DNA of 32,000 bases. It comes from Thermoproteus tenax Kra 1 (lineage in GTDB: Archaea > Thermoproteota > Thermoprotei > Thermoproteales > Thermoproteaceae). The notes beneath the pieces were generated by a model that was not told where the DNA came from, ran no database searches, and saw nothing but the letters and a program-made list of their open reading frames with translations. The DNA lies in assembly GCF_000253055.1 (NCBI RefSeq), contig NC_016070.1, forward strand, positions 1,680,001 to 1,712,000. Reading direction: 5' to 3'. Every line of letters begins with the position of its first letter. Position 1 is the first letter of the stretch. This document shows positions 1 to 7,072 of the stretch, one piece after another. The position numbers were made by a program, and so were the translations under genes.

Positions 1-97
1 GGAGCTCTAGCTCTATTTCGGCATCTCCGGTCATTGTTATTTTATAAATGGGATCCTCAACCACAGACACCTCACTCACCACCTCATTAAACTCCAT
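1..97 (-). CDS. 5' end of an unidentified protein gene that runs off the left edge (MEFNEVVSEVSVVEDPIYKITMTGDAEIELEL...)
   Basis: A minus-strand ATG at 97-95 opens a frame that stays open to position 1. It is divergent from the Sm-like gene across a ~155-nt AT-rich region. Only 32 codons are visible and no family is recognisable. Confidence 0.3.
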   Translation of the reverse strand, partial: MEFNEVVSEVSVVEDPIYKITMTGDAEIELEL

Positions 98-253
98 GGG
101 GTCACCACTTACTAGGAAATATAAGCTTTAAGTTTCACTTTTTTATTTTCTAGTTTAAATAATTTTATACATTTATAAAAATTTATTAGAATTATATTTT
201 TATAAAATGAAATGTTAAGAAAAAACTTTAAATACTGATTAATTAATTCGCTC

Positions 254-676
254 ATGTCTATTCTGGCCGAGGCTAACAAGAGATTTGTTGCAGAAATAAA
301 TAGTTTATTGGGCAAGGAGGTGATAGTAGGCCTGTCCAACGGCGATGAATATAGAGGCGTGTTGTACGCTGTAGATAATCAGCTTAATCTTATCTTATAT
401 GATACTACAACAAAATCGGGTAATAAATACTCTAAATCAATACTTATTTCAAGGTATATTATGTATATAAACTCAATAGAGAAGGAGGTAGATCTAAGGA
501 GCTTTGCTAAATATGCCGAGAAGTACTTTCCGGGAATGGTTAAGTATATAGAGGAATCCAACATAGTGCTTATAGGAGACAAAGTGAGAGTGAGCGAGAT
601 AGGGATAGAGGGCTCCGGGCCTCTCGCCGAGAGGGTTCGACAGATTTACGAGGAGTTTGTTAAAAAACGTGGATGA
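254..676 (+). CDS. Sm-like archaeal protein with a C-terminal extra domain (SmAP3-type, two domains)
   Basis: The N-terminus carries Sm1/Sm2-like motifs (LLGKEVIVGLSNGDEYRGVLYAVDNQLNLILYD ... ILISRYIMYI), followed by a ~70-aa extra domain. The stop overlaps the next start as ATGA (673-676). Confidence 0.8.
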   Translation: MSILAEANKRFVAEINSLLGKEVIVGLSNGDEYRGVLYAVDNQLNLILYDTTTKSGNKYSKSILISRYIMYINSIEKEVDLRSFAKYAEKYFPGMVKYIEESNIVLIGDKVRVSEIGIEGSGPLAERVRQIYEEFVKKRG

Positions 677-2196
677 GCTTTGAAGTTGAGACCAAGGACA
701 TTCTCGGACGGGTAGGAAGGATTTACACAAGGTCGGGAGTTCTGGAGACGCCGAATATATTCCCCGTAATAGATATTAAAAAACAAGAATTAAAACTCGA
801 TGTTGTAAAAAAATACTTTAATAATATTATTACAAATTCATACTTTATATACAATATATATAAATCGGTTGTTAGTATAAAGAATCTGTTGGGATGGGAT
901 GGAATCCTTATGACGGACTCAGGAGCTTACCAACTTATGAGGTACGGCACCATAGACGTTGACCCCGATGATATCTTGAAGTATCAGGCCGAGATAGGAA
1001 GCGATATCGGCGTAATGTTGGACCTTCCTATGGACTCGGAGGAGTCGTACTTCGGCGCACTCATAAAGGTGGAGGAGACTCTGAGGAGAGCCCAGAGGGC
1101 GGCGGAGTTGCGCGAGGAGCTGGGAGGTATGTTGTTAGTGGGTCCCATCCAAGGCGGAGTCTATAAGGACTTGGTGGCGCGATCGGCGAGAAGAATGACG
1201 TCGTTGCCCTTCGACATCTACGCAATAGGTAGCCCTACCACTTTGCTCGAGGAATATCGCTTTGACGAGATACTCGATATAGTTTTGACCGCCAAGTTGA
1301 ACATGAGAAGAGAGGCACCATTACATCTGTTTGGGGCAGGCCACCCCCTTATTTTGCCCTTCGCTGTAGCGGCCGGCATAGATCTATTCGATAGCGCATC
1401 GTACATCCTCTATGCGAGAGACGACAGAATAATGTTGAGGGACAGGACCATTAGGTTAGAGGACGTGAAAACGGACTACCTTCCGTGTAGCACAAAACTG
1501 TGCAATAAACAAGTAAGTGAGCTGAAGGAGATGGATAAAATGGAGAGGACGCAACTTATAGCGGAGCACAACTTGGCTGTACTCAGAGAGGAGATCCTCG
1601 AGGTTAGACAGCGGATCTACGAGGGGACTTTGTGGGAGTATCTGGAGGAAAAGGCGCGCGCCCACAGGAGTCTGTATAGCTCATTACACTTGCTACGAAA
1701 GTTCACGAAGTTGGTCGAGGAGTACGACCCAGTGACACACCCGGAGGCCAGCGGGCTCCTGTTCTTCAGCGACACGGCACTCGGGAGACCTGAGCCCTAT
1801 AGACACAGAGCGCGTATGAGGTACAATTACGACGCGCCACCGAAACAGATAGCAATATTCTTAAAAGCAACCTCTAAACCCTATAATAGATCATGGGAAT
1901 ATATATTCTTAAACAAAATATTGATTTGTAGAGAAAAAATCCATATATTTTTTATAGATGAGATATTCGGCGTTGTGCCCGAGGAGATAGCCGAGGTATA
2001 TCCATTATCTCAACATGAGTCGTGGGGTCTTCTTGAGAATATATATAACGATATCCTTGAAATCTCAAGAAAATATCAATATGTAATAATATATGGACTT
2101 AATATTAAAAGTAAAAATATAATAAATGTAAATAAATTGGAAGAGATTCCGAGATACATTAGATCTATATGTAGTAATGGGACTCTTCTCTCTTAG
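673..2196 (+). CDS. tgtA: Archaeosine tRNA-guanine transglycosylase (ArcTGT); 507 aa, with no obvious C-terminal PUA domain
   Basis: TGT TIM-barrel signatures are present: GRIYTRSGVLETPNIFPV, IITNSY, LMTDSGAYQL, APLHLFGAGHP, FDSASY. It is shorter than the ~580-aa euryarchaeal enzymes. Confidence 0.85.
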   Translation: MSFEVETKDILGRVGRIYTRSGVLETPNIFPVIDIKKQELKLDVVKKYFNNIITNSYFIYNIYKSVVSIKNLLGWDGILMTDSGAYQLMRYGTIDVDPDDILKYQAEIGSDIGVMLDLPMDSEESYFGALIKVEETLRRAQRAAELREELGGMLLVGPIQGGVYKDLVARSARRMTSLPFDIYAIGSPTTLLEEYRFDEILDIVLTAKLNMRREAPLHLFGAGHPLILPFAVAAGIDLFDSASYILYARDDRIMLRDRTIRLEDVKTDYLPCSTKLCNKQVSELKEMDKMERTQLIAEHNLAVLREEILEVRQRIYEGTLWEYLEEKARAHRSLYSSLHLLRKFTKLVEEYDPVTHPEASGLLFFSDTALGRPEPYRHRARMRYNYDAPPKQIAIFLKATSKPYNRSWEYIFLNKILICREKIHIFFIDEIFGVVPEEIAEVYPLSQHESWGLLENIYNDILEISRKYQYVIIYGLNIKSKNIINVNKLEEIPRYIRSICSNGTLLS

Positions 2197-2887
2197 ACTC
2201 CTCCAACTGTTTTCTCATCTCGTTATACTCTCTCTCGAGCTCCTCAGCCAACTGTTTGAGGTCGGTAGTATCAACGCTTATTCCGAACAGCCTCCCGAAG
2301 TGCTCCAACGCGACGCTGGCCGCTTGAGGATCAGCGGGCTTATCGGCGTAGGGCAGTATCACTAGGGCAGGGAAGTCGTAGAGCTCGAACAATGATAGGA
2401 GCAGCGCGAGAGGTCCTACTATCTGTAGCCCTTGTTCCAACCTTTTGGAGTCGCCGAGCGGAAAGCCGGATTTAATGTAGGACGATGTATACGCCACCCT
2501 CAGAAGATCGTCTGGACTACGTTTGAATCTGCCGTCAAGACCTCCGAAGAGCACCGCCATCTTGAAGCCTCCTGAAACGACCCAGTCGGCCAAACTTTCA
2601 ATAAAGTCGTAGAGAGCCCTGTCGTTTATGCCGTAGTTATTGACTACGCCGGTAACCCTATCGCATGAGAAGATCTCAGCTTGGAGAGCCAGTCTGTCGC
2701 CCTCATAGGCCACAACCGGCGGCATTTCCCTGTATTTAATATAGCCGATAGTCTCACAGCTCCTCGAGAGATGCTTGACTGCAATGTGGCCCACCAGCCC
2801 TACTCCATGGAAACCCGCCACAAAGATCTCCCTAGAGTACGGCCTCTTAAATTTAAATATTATTTTCATATTTTTCAAGTTTTTCAA
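2165..2887 (-). CDS. PAC2-family (proteasome assembly chaperone-like) protein
   Basis: The N-terminal motif VAGFHGVGLVGHIAVKHL is typical of the PAC2/DUF75 family. An alternative start is MKIIF at 2869. The 5' end overlaps the TFE stop and the 3' end overlaps tgtA by 32 nt. Confidence 0.6.
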   Translation of the reverse strand: MKNLKNMKIIFKFKRPYSREIFVAGFHGVGLVGHIAVKHLSRSCETIGYIKYREMPPVVAYEGDRLALQAEIFSCDRVTGVVNNYGINDRALYDFIESLADWVVSGGFKMAVLFGGLDGRFKRSPDDLLRVAYTSSYIKSGFPLGDSKRLEQGLQIVGPLALLLSLFELYDFPALVILPYADKPADPQAASVALEHFGRLFGISVDTTDLKQLAEELEREYNEMRKQLEESKREESHYYI

Positions 2888-3389
2888 TTATTTCTGTTAT
2901 TTTATTTATTTCATTGATATTATTTACATATATAAGTTGAACTTTGCATATAGGGCATTGACCGTTGTAGGCGAGCTCCTCGTCGAGAGAATATCTACGG
3001 TGGCAGTTGGGACAGACATAATATGCGCCCTCGGTCAACCCTCTTATCAACATGCTCAACTTGCTAGAGACGAGCTCTATCCTTTTCTTTAACGCCTGTT
3101 TGATGACTGTATCGTCGACGTACCACGAGTACTCAGTGCGGTAGTCCGGCGTAGTGGACTTCACAACTCCGATCATGTTATTCTTGGAGAGGAACTGGAG
3201 GATCCTCCTGGCCTCGGCCGTCGATATATTCATCAAGATGGCTACTCTGTCGTCAGATAGCTGTTCCCTCCGGGAATACAACATCTCGATAATCTTGCGG
3301 GCAAGTTTTCCATATTCAGGACTATTGAACTCAAAGGAGACGCTGCGTTCAACAATCGCTAGATAAGCGTTTAAAGCCTCCTCGGTCAC
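2853..3389 (-). CDS. tfe: Transcription factor E (TFE alpha): winged helix plus zinc ribbon
   Basis: The winged-helix region (DDRVAILMNISTAEARRILQFLSKNNMI) is followed by the zinc ribbon CPNCHRRY...CPICK. The GTG start overlaps the hflX stop (GTGA at 3386-3389). Confidence 0.85.
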   Translation of the reverse strand: MTEEALNAYLAIVERSVSFEFNSPEYGKLARKIIEMLYSRREQLSDDRVAILMNISTAEARRILQFLSKNNMIGVVKSTTPDYRTEYSWYVDDTVIKQALKKRIELVSSKLSMLIRGLTEGAYYVCPNCHRRYSLDEELAYNGQCPICKVQLIYVNNINEINKITEIIEKLEKYENNI

Positions 3390-4588
3390 AGAACTCTCCT
3401 CAAATTGGTATATAAACTAGCCTCTCTCTCAAAGCTCTCAGCCTCGCCCACTTTAACTGGTATGTATGACTTTCCGTCCAAGATAAGTCCTCCAGCCGGC
3501 GGCCTCGCCTCATAGATCGCATAGCCCGGCGTCCTCCAGAATAGAAGGATCTTCAACGTAGTTATGCCGAAGCCCGTCATCGCCGAGACCGGCACAAATA
3601 CGTCGAAGTACTTCCTGACTATGTAGGCTTTGGCTATAAGCTCTATCGCAGAGACTCTATCTACCTTGTTCAAGACAGGCAGAATGCGCTCTCTATAGAC
3701 GCCGAGAGTCGAGAGTACGTCCAGCGAGGTCTGGAGCTCTCGTGTAAAACTATCTACGTCGTCCGAGACGTCGGCGACTAGCAAGATAAGGTCGGCTTGA
3801 GAGACCTCCTCGAGTGTAGAGTAGAAAGATTCAATGAGGACAGGAGGCAAATCTTCTATGAAACCTATCGTGTCTGTTATTATCAGCTCCTTGCCCCACA
3901 AGCTGATTCGTCTTGAGTAAGTATCTAGAGTCGCGAACGGCTTGCCGTCTACGTACTTGTGCTCTGCGGTCAACCTATTGAAGAGAGTGGTTTTGCCGAC
4001 ACTCGTGTAGCCCGTCAAGACGACCTCGGGAACGCCGAGGTCGCGCCGTTTCTTAATTAAAGACGTCCTATTCGCCCGCATAAGATCTAGCTTCCGCTTT
4101 ATTGTGGCGATCCTTCTCACAGTGTGGCGGTAGAGCGAGTCTATTGCATACTCTCCGGCGCCCATGAATCCCAGTTGTTCGCCCATCTTGGCCCTTCTCA
4201 CATACTCCTTGAGGATTGGCAGTTGATACCTAAGGGAGGCCAACTCGATCTGTAGCTTCGACTCTATATTGCCCGCCCTCTTTTCAAAGATCTTGAGTAT
4301 GACCATAACTCTATCCAATACCTCTGCGCGTGTTGTAGACCTTAGATTATACATCTGAAGCGGCGAGAGACCGTGGTACGTAATAAGTACATCGAAATCT
4401 CTGCCGGCTATCTCCTTCAGTTTTCCACTACCGAAGTAGAATCTAGAGTCAGGTTCGCCGTACTGAACGACGACATCTATAGGCTCATAGCCTGCCAGCT
4501 CTGCCAACACTCTGAATTCGTTCAACCTCCTAGCCAGACTCTTGTCCTTGGGTCCTACGTAGGCCAACAACGCTCTATTCCTCATCAC
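3386..4588 (-). CDS. hflX: GTPase HflX
   Basis: HflX N-domain, then G1 GYTSVGKTTLFNRLT, G3 DTIGFI and G4 NKVD. The ORF opens with GTG at 4588, with ATG at 4585. It overlaps the MBF1 stop by 11-14 nt. Confidence 0.9.
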   Translation of the reverse strand: MMRNRALLAYVGPKDKSLARRLNEFRVLAELAGYEPIDVVVQYGEPDSRFYFGSGKLKEIAGRDFDVLITYHGLSPLQMYNLRSTTRAEVLDRVMVILKIFEKRAGNIESKLQIELASLRYQLPILKEYVRRAKMGEQLGFMGAGEYAIDSLYRHTVRRIATIKRKLDLMRANRTSLIKKRRDLGVPEVVLTGYTSVGKTTLFNRLTAEHKYVDGKPFATLDTYSRRISLWGKELIITDTIGFIEDLPPVLIESFYSTLEEVSQADLILLVADVSDDVDSFTRELQTSLDVLSTLGVYRERILPVLNKVDRVSAIELIAKAYIVRKYFDVFVPVSAMTGFGITTLKILLFWRTPGYAIYEARPPAGGLILDGKSYIPVKVGEAESFEREASLYTNLRRVL

Positions 4589-5048
4589 GTAGCTCGGCCA
4601 CGTCGCCCAAAGTAAGCTCTCTTCTGTTGTATCCTCCAGACTGATCCTCGGCCTGTTGAACGGGCTCGAGCAACTTTACGCCAAGAGCTTTCTCCAATTT
4701 TCTCGCCAACTCTATGTCGGGCATCAGCTGGCCGCTCTCTATACGCTTCAATACACTCTCCTTTACTCCTATATAGGAGGCCAGAGCCTCTCTACTGAGA
4801 CCCAAGCTCTCTCTAGCCCTCTTTATAACTTCGGCGTATTCTTCGACTACTTCATAGCGTGGCTCCGCCCCCCTCTTCGTAATCCTTCTCTGTTGTGGTT
4901 GAACGAGCCGTTTAGGCGGGCTCTCTACTTTCACTGTGCCACCATAAGACCTAGCGCAACGCTCACATACGTGCAACACGGCGTTATCTAGCTTGATAAC
5001 GTAGGGCTCTCCATCTATTGGGGCGCCGCATATGTCGCAGTAGTGCAT
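4575..5048 (-). CDS. mbf1: Archaeal multiprotein bridging factor 1 (Zn ribbon plus XRE-type HTH)
   Basis: The start is placed at MHYCDICG...CERC (zinc ribbon). The HTH is LSREALASYIGVKESVLKRIESG and the conserved C-terminal TLGD motif is present. The ORF-track start at 5090 would run into the neighbouring promoter and gene. Confidence 0.8.
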   Translation of the reverse strand: MHYCDICGAPIDGEPYVIKLDNAVLHVCERCARSYGGTVKVESPPKRLVQPQQRRITKRGAEPRYEVVEEYAEVIKRARESLGLSREALASYIGVKESVLKRIESGQLMPDIELARKLEKALGVKLLEPVQQAEDQSGGYNRRELTLGDVAELRDEE

Positions 5049-5079
5049 TAGATTAAATATGATATCTACTATAAAAAGC
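5049..5079. promoter_or_regulatory. Interleaved divergent TATA-like boxes for mbf1 (-) and the PUA gene (+)
   Basis: ttagattaaatatg lies ~25 nt upstream of the ATG at 5080. On the other strand, ctttttatag lies ~25 nt upstream of the ATG at 5048. This spacing fits leaderless archaeal promoters. Confidence 0.45.
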
Positions 5080-5541
5080 ATGTCGCCCAAGGAGATGCTC
5101 TACGGTCTACTGACATATCTATATGGCAGTAAAAATATAGATTTAGATTTCAATAAGATTGAAATAAAATTCAATAAAAATAATAGATTAAAATATGTAT
5201 ATTATAATGGTAGACCTATATTTACGTTTAGAAATAATGATGGATACTTGTTACCGTTGATTGAAGCAGCGCGATATATCAGATTGCCCTACGTGGTTGT
5301 TGATGAGGAGACCGCTAAACACGCCATTAAGGGGAAAAGCGTGCCGGCGAAATTTATAGTGAGAGCGTCGCCAGACCTCAGGCCTAACGCCGAGGTCGCA
5401 GTTCTAGATATCAAGGGCAACCCCGTAGCGGTGGGGAGGGCCATATACAGCATTAGGGAGTTGAGCCTGGGCAAAGGCTATGCAGTAAAGCCCAGAGATA
5501 CGGCGGAACTAGACGATCCATCCACTGATGCAACGGCCTAG
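5080..5541 (+). CDS. Standalone PUA-domain RNA-binding protein (resembles the C-terminal module of ArcTGT)
   Basis: The C-terminal PUA pattern is VVVDEETAKHAIKGKSVPAKFIV...PNAEVAVLDIKGNPVAVGRAIYS...GKGYAVKPR. The ORF track starts at 5059; I prefer the Met at 5080 from the TATA spacing. Confidence 0.7.
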   Translation: MSPKEMLYGLLTYLYGSKNIDLDFNKIEIKFNKNNRLKYVYYNGRPIFTFRNNDGYLLPLIEAARYIRLPYVVVDEETAKHAIKGKSVPAKFIVRASPDLRPNAEVAVLDIKGNPVAVGRAIYSIRELSLGKGYAVKPRDTAELDDPSTDATA

Positions 5542-5551
5542 GGCTGCCCCT

Positions 5552-5577
5552 CGCCTACGCCCTCGTAGGCGCTTTCC
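5552..5577 (+). terminator. Perfect 8-bp hairpin (CGCCTACG-cccT-CGTAGGCG) followed by cTTTcc, downstream of the PUA gene
   Basis: The hairpin is read directly from 5552-5571. It starts 11 nt after the stop at 5541. Its role as a terminator is inferred. Confidence 0.3.
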
Positions 5578-5595
5578 AGGCGACGGCCCCTCGCC

Positions 5596-5612
5596 GTAAA
5601 AGTTAAAAAATG
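5596..5612 (+). promoter_or_regulatory. TATA/BRE-like box of the tRNA gene
   Basis: gtaaaagttaaaaaatg is centred ~27 nt upstream of the first tRNA nucleotide (5631). Confidence 0.55.
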
Positions 5613-5630
5613 ACTTACCAGGAGAGAAAG

Positions 5631-5740
5631 GCCCCGGTGGCTTAGCCCGGTAGAGCGCCCTGGGGTACAGCCCCGCGTAGGCCTTGTAGGCCTATGACCA
5701 AGACAGCGGGAGGTCCCGGGTTCGAATCCCGGCCGGGGCT
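5631..5740 (+). tRNA. Intron-containing tRNA gene (110 nt, about 35 nt more than a mature tRNA); isotype tentatively Thr(UGU)
   Basis: The acceptor is a perfect 7 bp (GCCCCGG 5631-5637 with CCGGGGC 5733-5739). The D arm is GCTT-AGCCCGGTA-GAGC and the T arm is CCGGG-TTCGAAT-CCCGG, with discriminator T at 5740. The only well-formed anticodon arm I can find is TAGGC-CTTGTAG-GCCTA (5678-5694; C32, U33, UGU, A37). It is flanked by ~20 nt and ~16 nt of extra sequence, which implies non-canonical intron(s). Confidence 0.8.
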
Positions 5741-5774
5741 TCAGTCCCTTTATCTGTCATTGAGCGGCTATAAC

Positions 5775-5945
5775 TGGAGGACCGCGCTCCTCGCCTTAGG
5801 CGGGGTTTCCACCGTTGGGGCCTCACCCGTTGCCCCTCCTCGGGGCTGATGGGCCGCGGCTGGGGCGGGCATTGCGGCGGGGTGTCCCCCGCCGGGGCCA
5901 TTCCGCGCTTGAGTCCGTCCCCCGCGCGGCGCCCGCCGCGACCTC
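5775..5945. ncRNA. Candidate structured RNA of unknown class (GC-rich, hairpin-dense intergenic island)
   Basis: No credible ORF is present. The G+C looks similar to the rRNA and far above the neighbouring intergenic DNA. Strong local hairpins include GGAG-gaccgcg-CTCC (5777-5791), CGGCGGGG-tgt-CCCCCGCCG (~5875-5895) and GCGCGGCG/CGCCGCG (~5924-5940). The strand is undetermined. Confidence 0.3.
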
Positions 5946-6058
5946 TCTCTTCTCTGTCCTCTTCACTAACTCTGCCACGGAAAAATATAGATGGCTTAAA
6001 ACCTACTCCGTGAAGGGCGAGGCCTTCGGCTGTAAAGAATACGAAGAAATGCGCGGGA

Positions 6059-6571
6059 CTACTGCTGTTCCCCTCCCTCCTGGCGCCTTTGCCGCATCTT
6101 ACGCGGAGACCTCACAGGCGCTGGGGCTTGTTTTGGCGAGGATATGAATCCGAGCGGCCATCCATATACTCTATCTCTCTGCTCGCTTGCCGTGGTGTGA
6201 GTCTCTATGGCGAAGCCGCTGTGGAGCACCAGAGGCTCGTCGGCCCACACGGCGGTCTTCTCAGGATAATAGGCCACAGGCTCCACGAACCACTCGACTA
6301 CTCTGCCGCCCTCGGCGAATCTTACGTAGTCAAAGTACTCGTCGGCGTTATAAAATCCCCAGATTACCACCAACGAGGCGTCGGGCAGAGGGGGCGACAT
6401 ACGGCCCAGCGCCAAGCTGTAGCCGTAGCTCTCGGCTTTTTCGCCATAGAGGTGTTTCGGAGCTATTTGCTCGACCCTAGCGCCGACCTTCTTGGCGTGC
6501 TCTGTGGCTATAGAGTAGGCCCTGCGCACCGCCCTCTCTACATCGGCCTTAGAGAGTGGTATCAGCCACAT
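6059..6571 (-). CDS. Hypothetical protein (~170 aa)
   Basis: A long ORF with coding-like composition. I prefer the start at MWLIPLSKADVERAV (6571) over 6607. I recognise no family motif, and the basic C-terminal tail may be read-through into GC-rich DNA. Confidence 0.45.
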   Translation of the reverse strand: MWLIPLSKADVERAVRRAYSIATEHAKKVGARVEQIAPKHLYGEKAESYGYSLALGRMSPPLPDASLVVIWGFYNADEYFDYVRFAEGGRVVEWFVEPVAYYPEKTAVWADEPLVLHSGFAIETHTTASEQRDRVYGWPLGFISSPKQAPAPVRSPRKMRQRRQEGGEQQ

Positions 6572-6650
6572 GGCCCGCCGTAGGAGCGGACTTAAAAGCT
6601 TTAACATAATTTCAATTAGTAAAATAACCGTTAGCTATAAAGAAAGAGAA

Positions 6651-6965
6651 ATGGGACGGCCCATGATCGTGGCCGTTGTGGCTCTCACAATCGTCGCAGT
6701 GTTGTTGGGTCTGGCGATGAGGCGAGTGAGAGACAGGGCTCTGGCCGCGTTGGGCGTCATAGGCTTCTTCATGATTGCGCTGCCGGCGTTGTTCGCCAGC
6801 GGGGATATAGTAGGACGTATTATATCAATAATATTCGCGTATGGGCCATATTGGGAGTACGTGATACCGCTATTAGCTTTTGCGCTGGCGCTACTTCCGC
6901 CGCAAAAACAGGGGAGAGGTCGGGCGAGGAGGGCCCTCAGGGCCGGCCACGAGGACTACTGGTGA
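6651..6965 (+). CDS. Small integral membrane protein (about 3 TM helices)
   Basis: MGRPMIVAVVALTIVAVLLGLA..., GVIGFFMIALPALFA... and YVIPLLAFALALL form hydrophobic helices. The upstream part of ORF 6570.. looks non-coding (AT-rich, promoter-like). Confidence 0.5.
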   Translation: MGRPMIVAVVALTIVAVLLGLAMRRVRDRALAALGVIGFFMIALPALFASGDIVGRIISIIFAYGPYWEYVIPLLAFALALLPPQKQGRGRARRALRAGHEDYW

Positions 6966-7072
6966 CCCCCAGACGCTAAACTCTACCTTTTTTCTATAAA
7001 AGGGAAGGGGCACTATAAGGGCGAACATGGACGCCGGCGGCTCTGTCGGAAGGACGTTATTTGAAATTATTT

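Noticed and set aside
112-339. ORF 112..339 (-) and other short ORFs inside the AT-rich patches (for example 379..582 and 28040..28240)
   Set aside because: They are low-complexity Ile/Asn/Lys/Phe translations that are antisense to, or overlap, genes with clear motifs, or they span a promoter region.
5805-5820. ggtttccaccgttgg, which resembles the TCCA-TGGAAAC core of archaeal origin recognition boxes
   Set aside because: It is a single imperfect copy with no inverted partner, no flanking AT-rich unwinding element and no orc1/cdc6 gene in the window.
5905-6012. Strings reminiscent of the RNase P P4 strands (GAGUCCG at ~5911; ACGGAA...GGCUUAA at ~5973-5997)
   Set aside because: The universally conserved GGAAAGUCC context is missing and the spacing between the ACNGAA and GGCUUA elements is too long. 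The second element also sits in the loop of a CACGGA/TCCGTG hairpin within AT-rich DNA. This is not enough to call a type-T RNase P RNA without a covariance-model search.
5692-6147. ORFs 5692..5901 (-) and 5815..6147 (+) in the GC-rich island
   Set aside because: The translations are low-complexity Pro/Arg/Gly/Ala. One of them overlaps the tRNA 3' half. I treat the region as non-coding.
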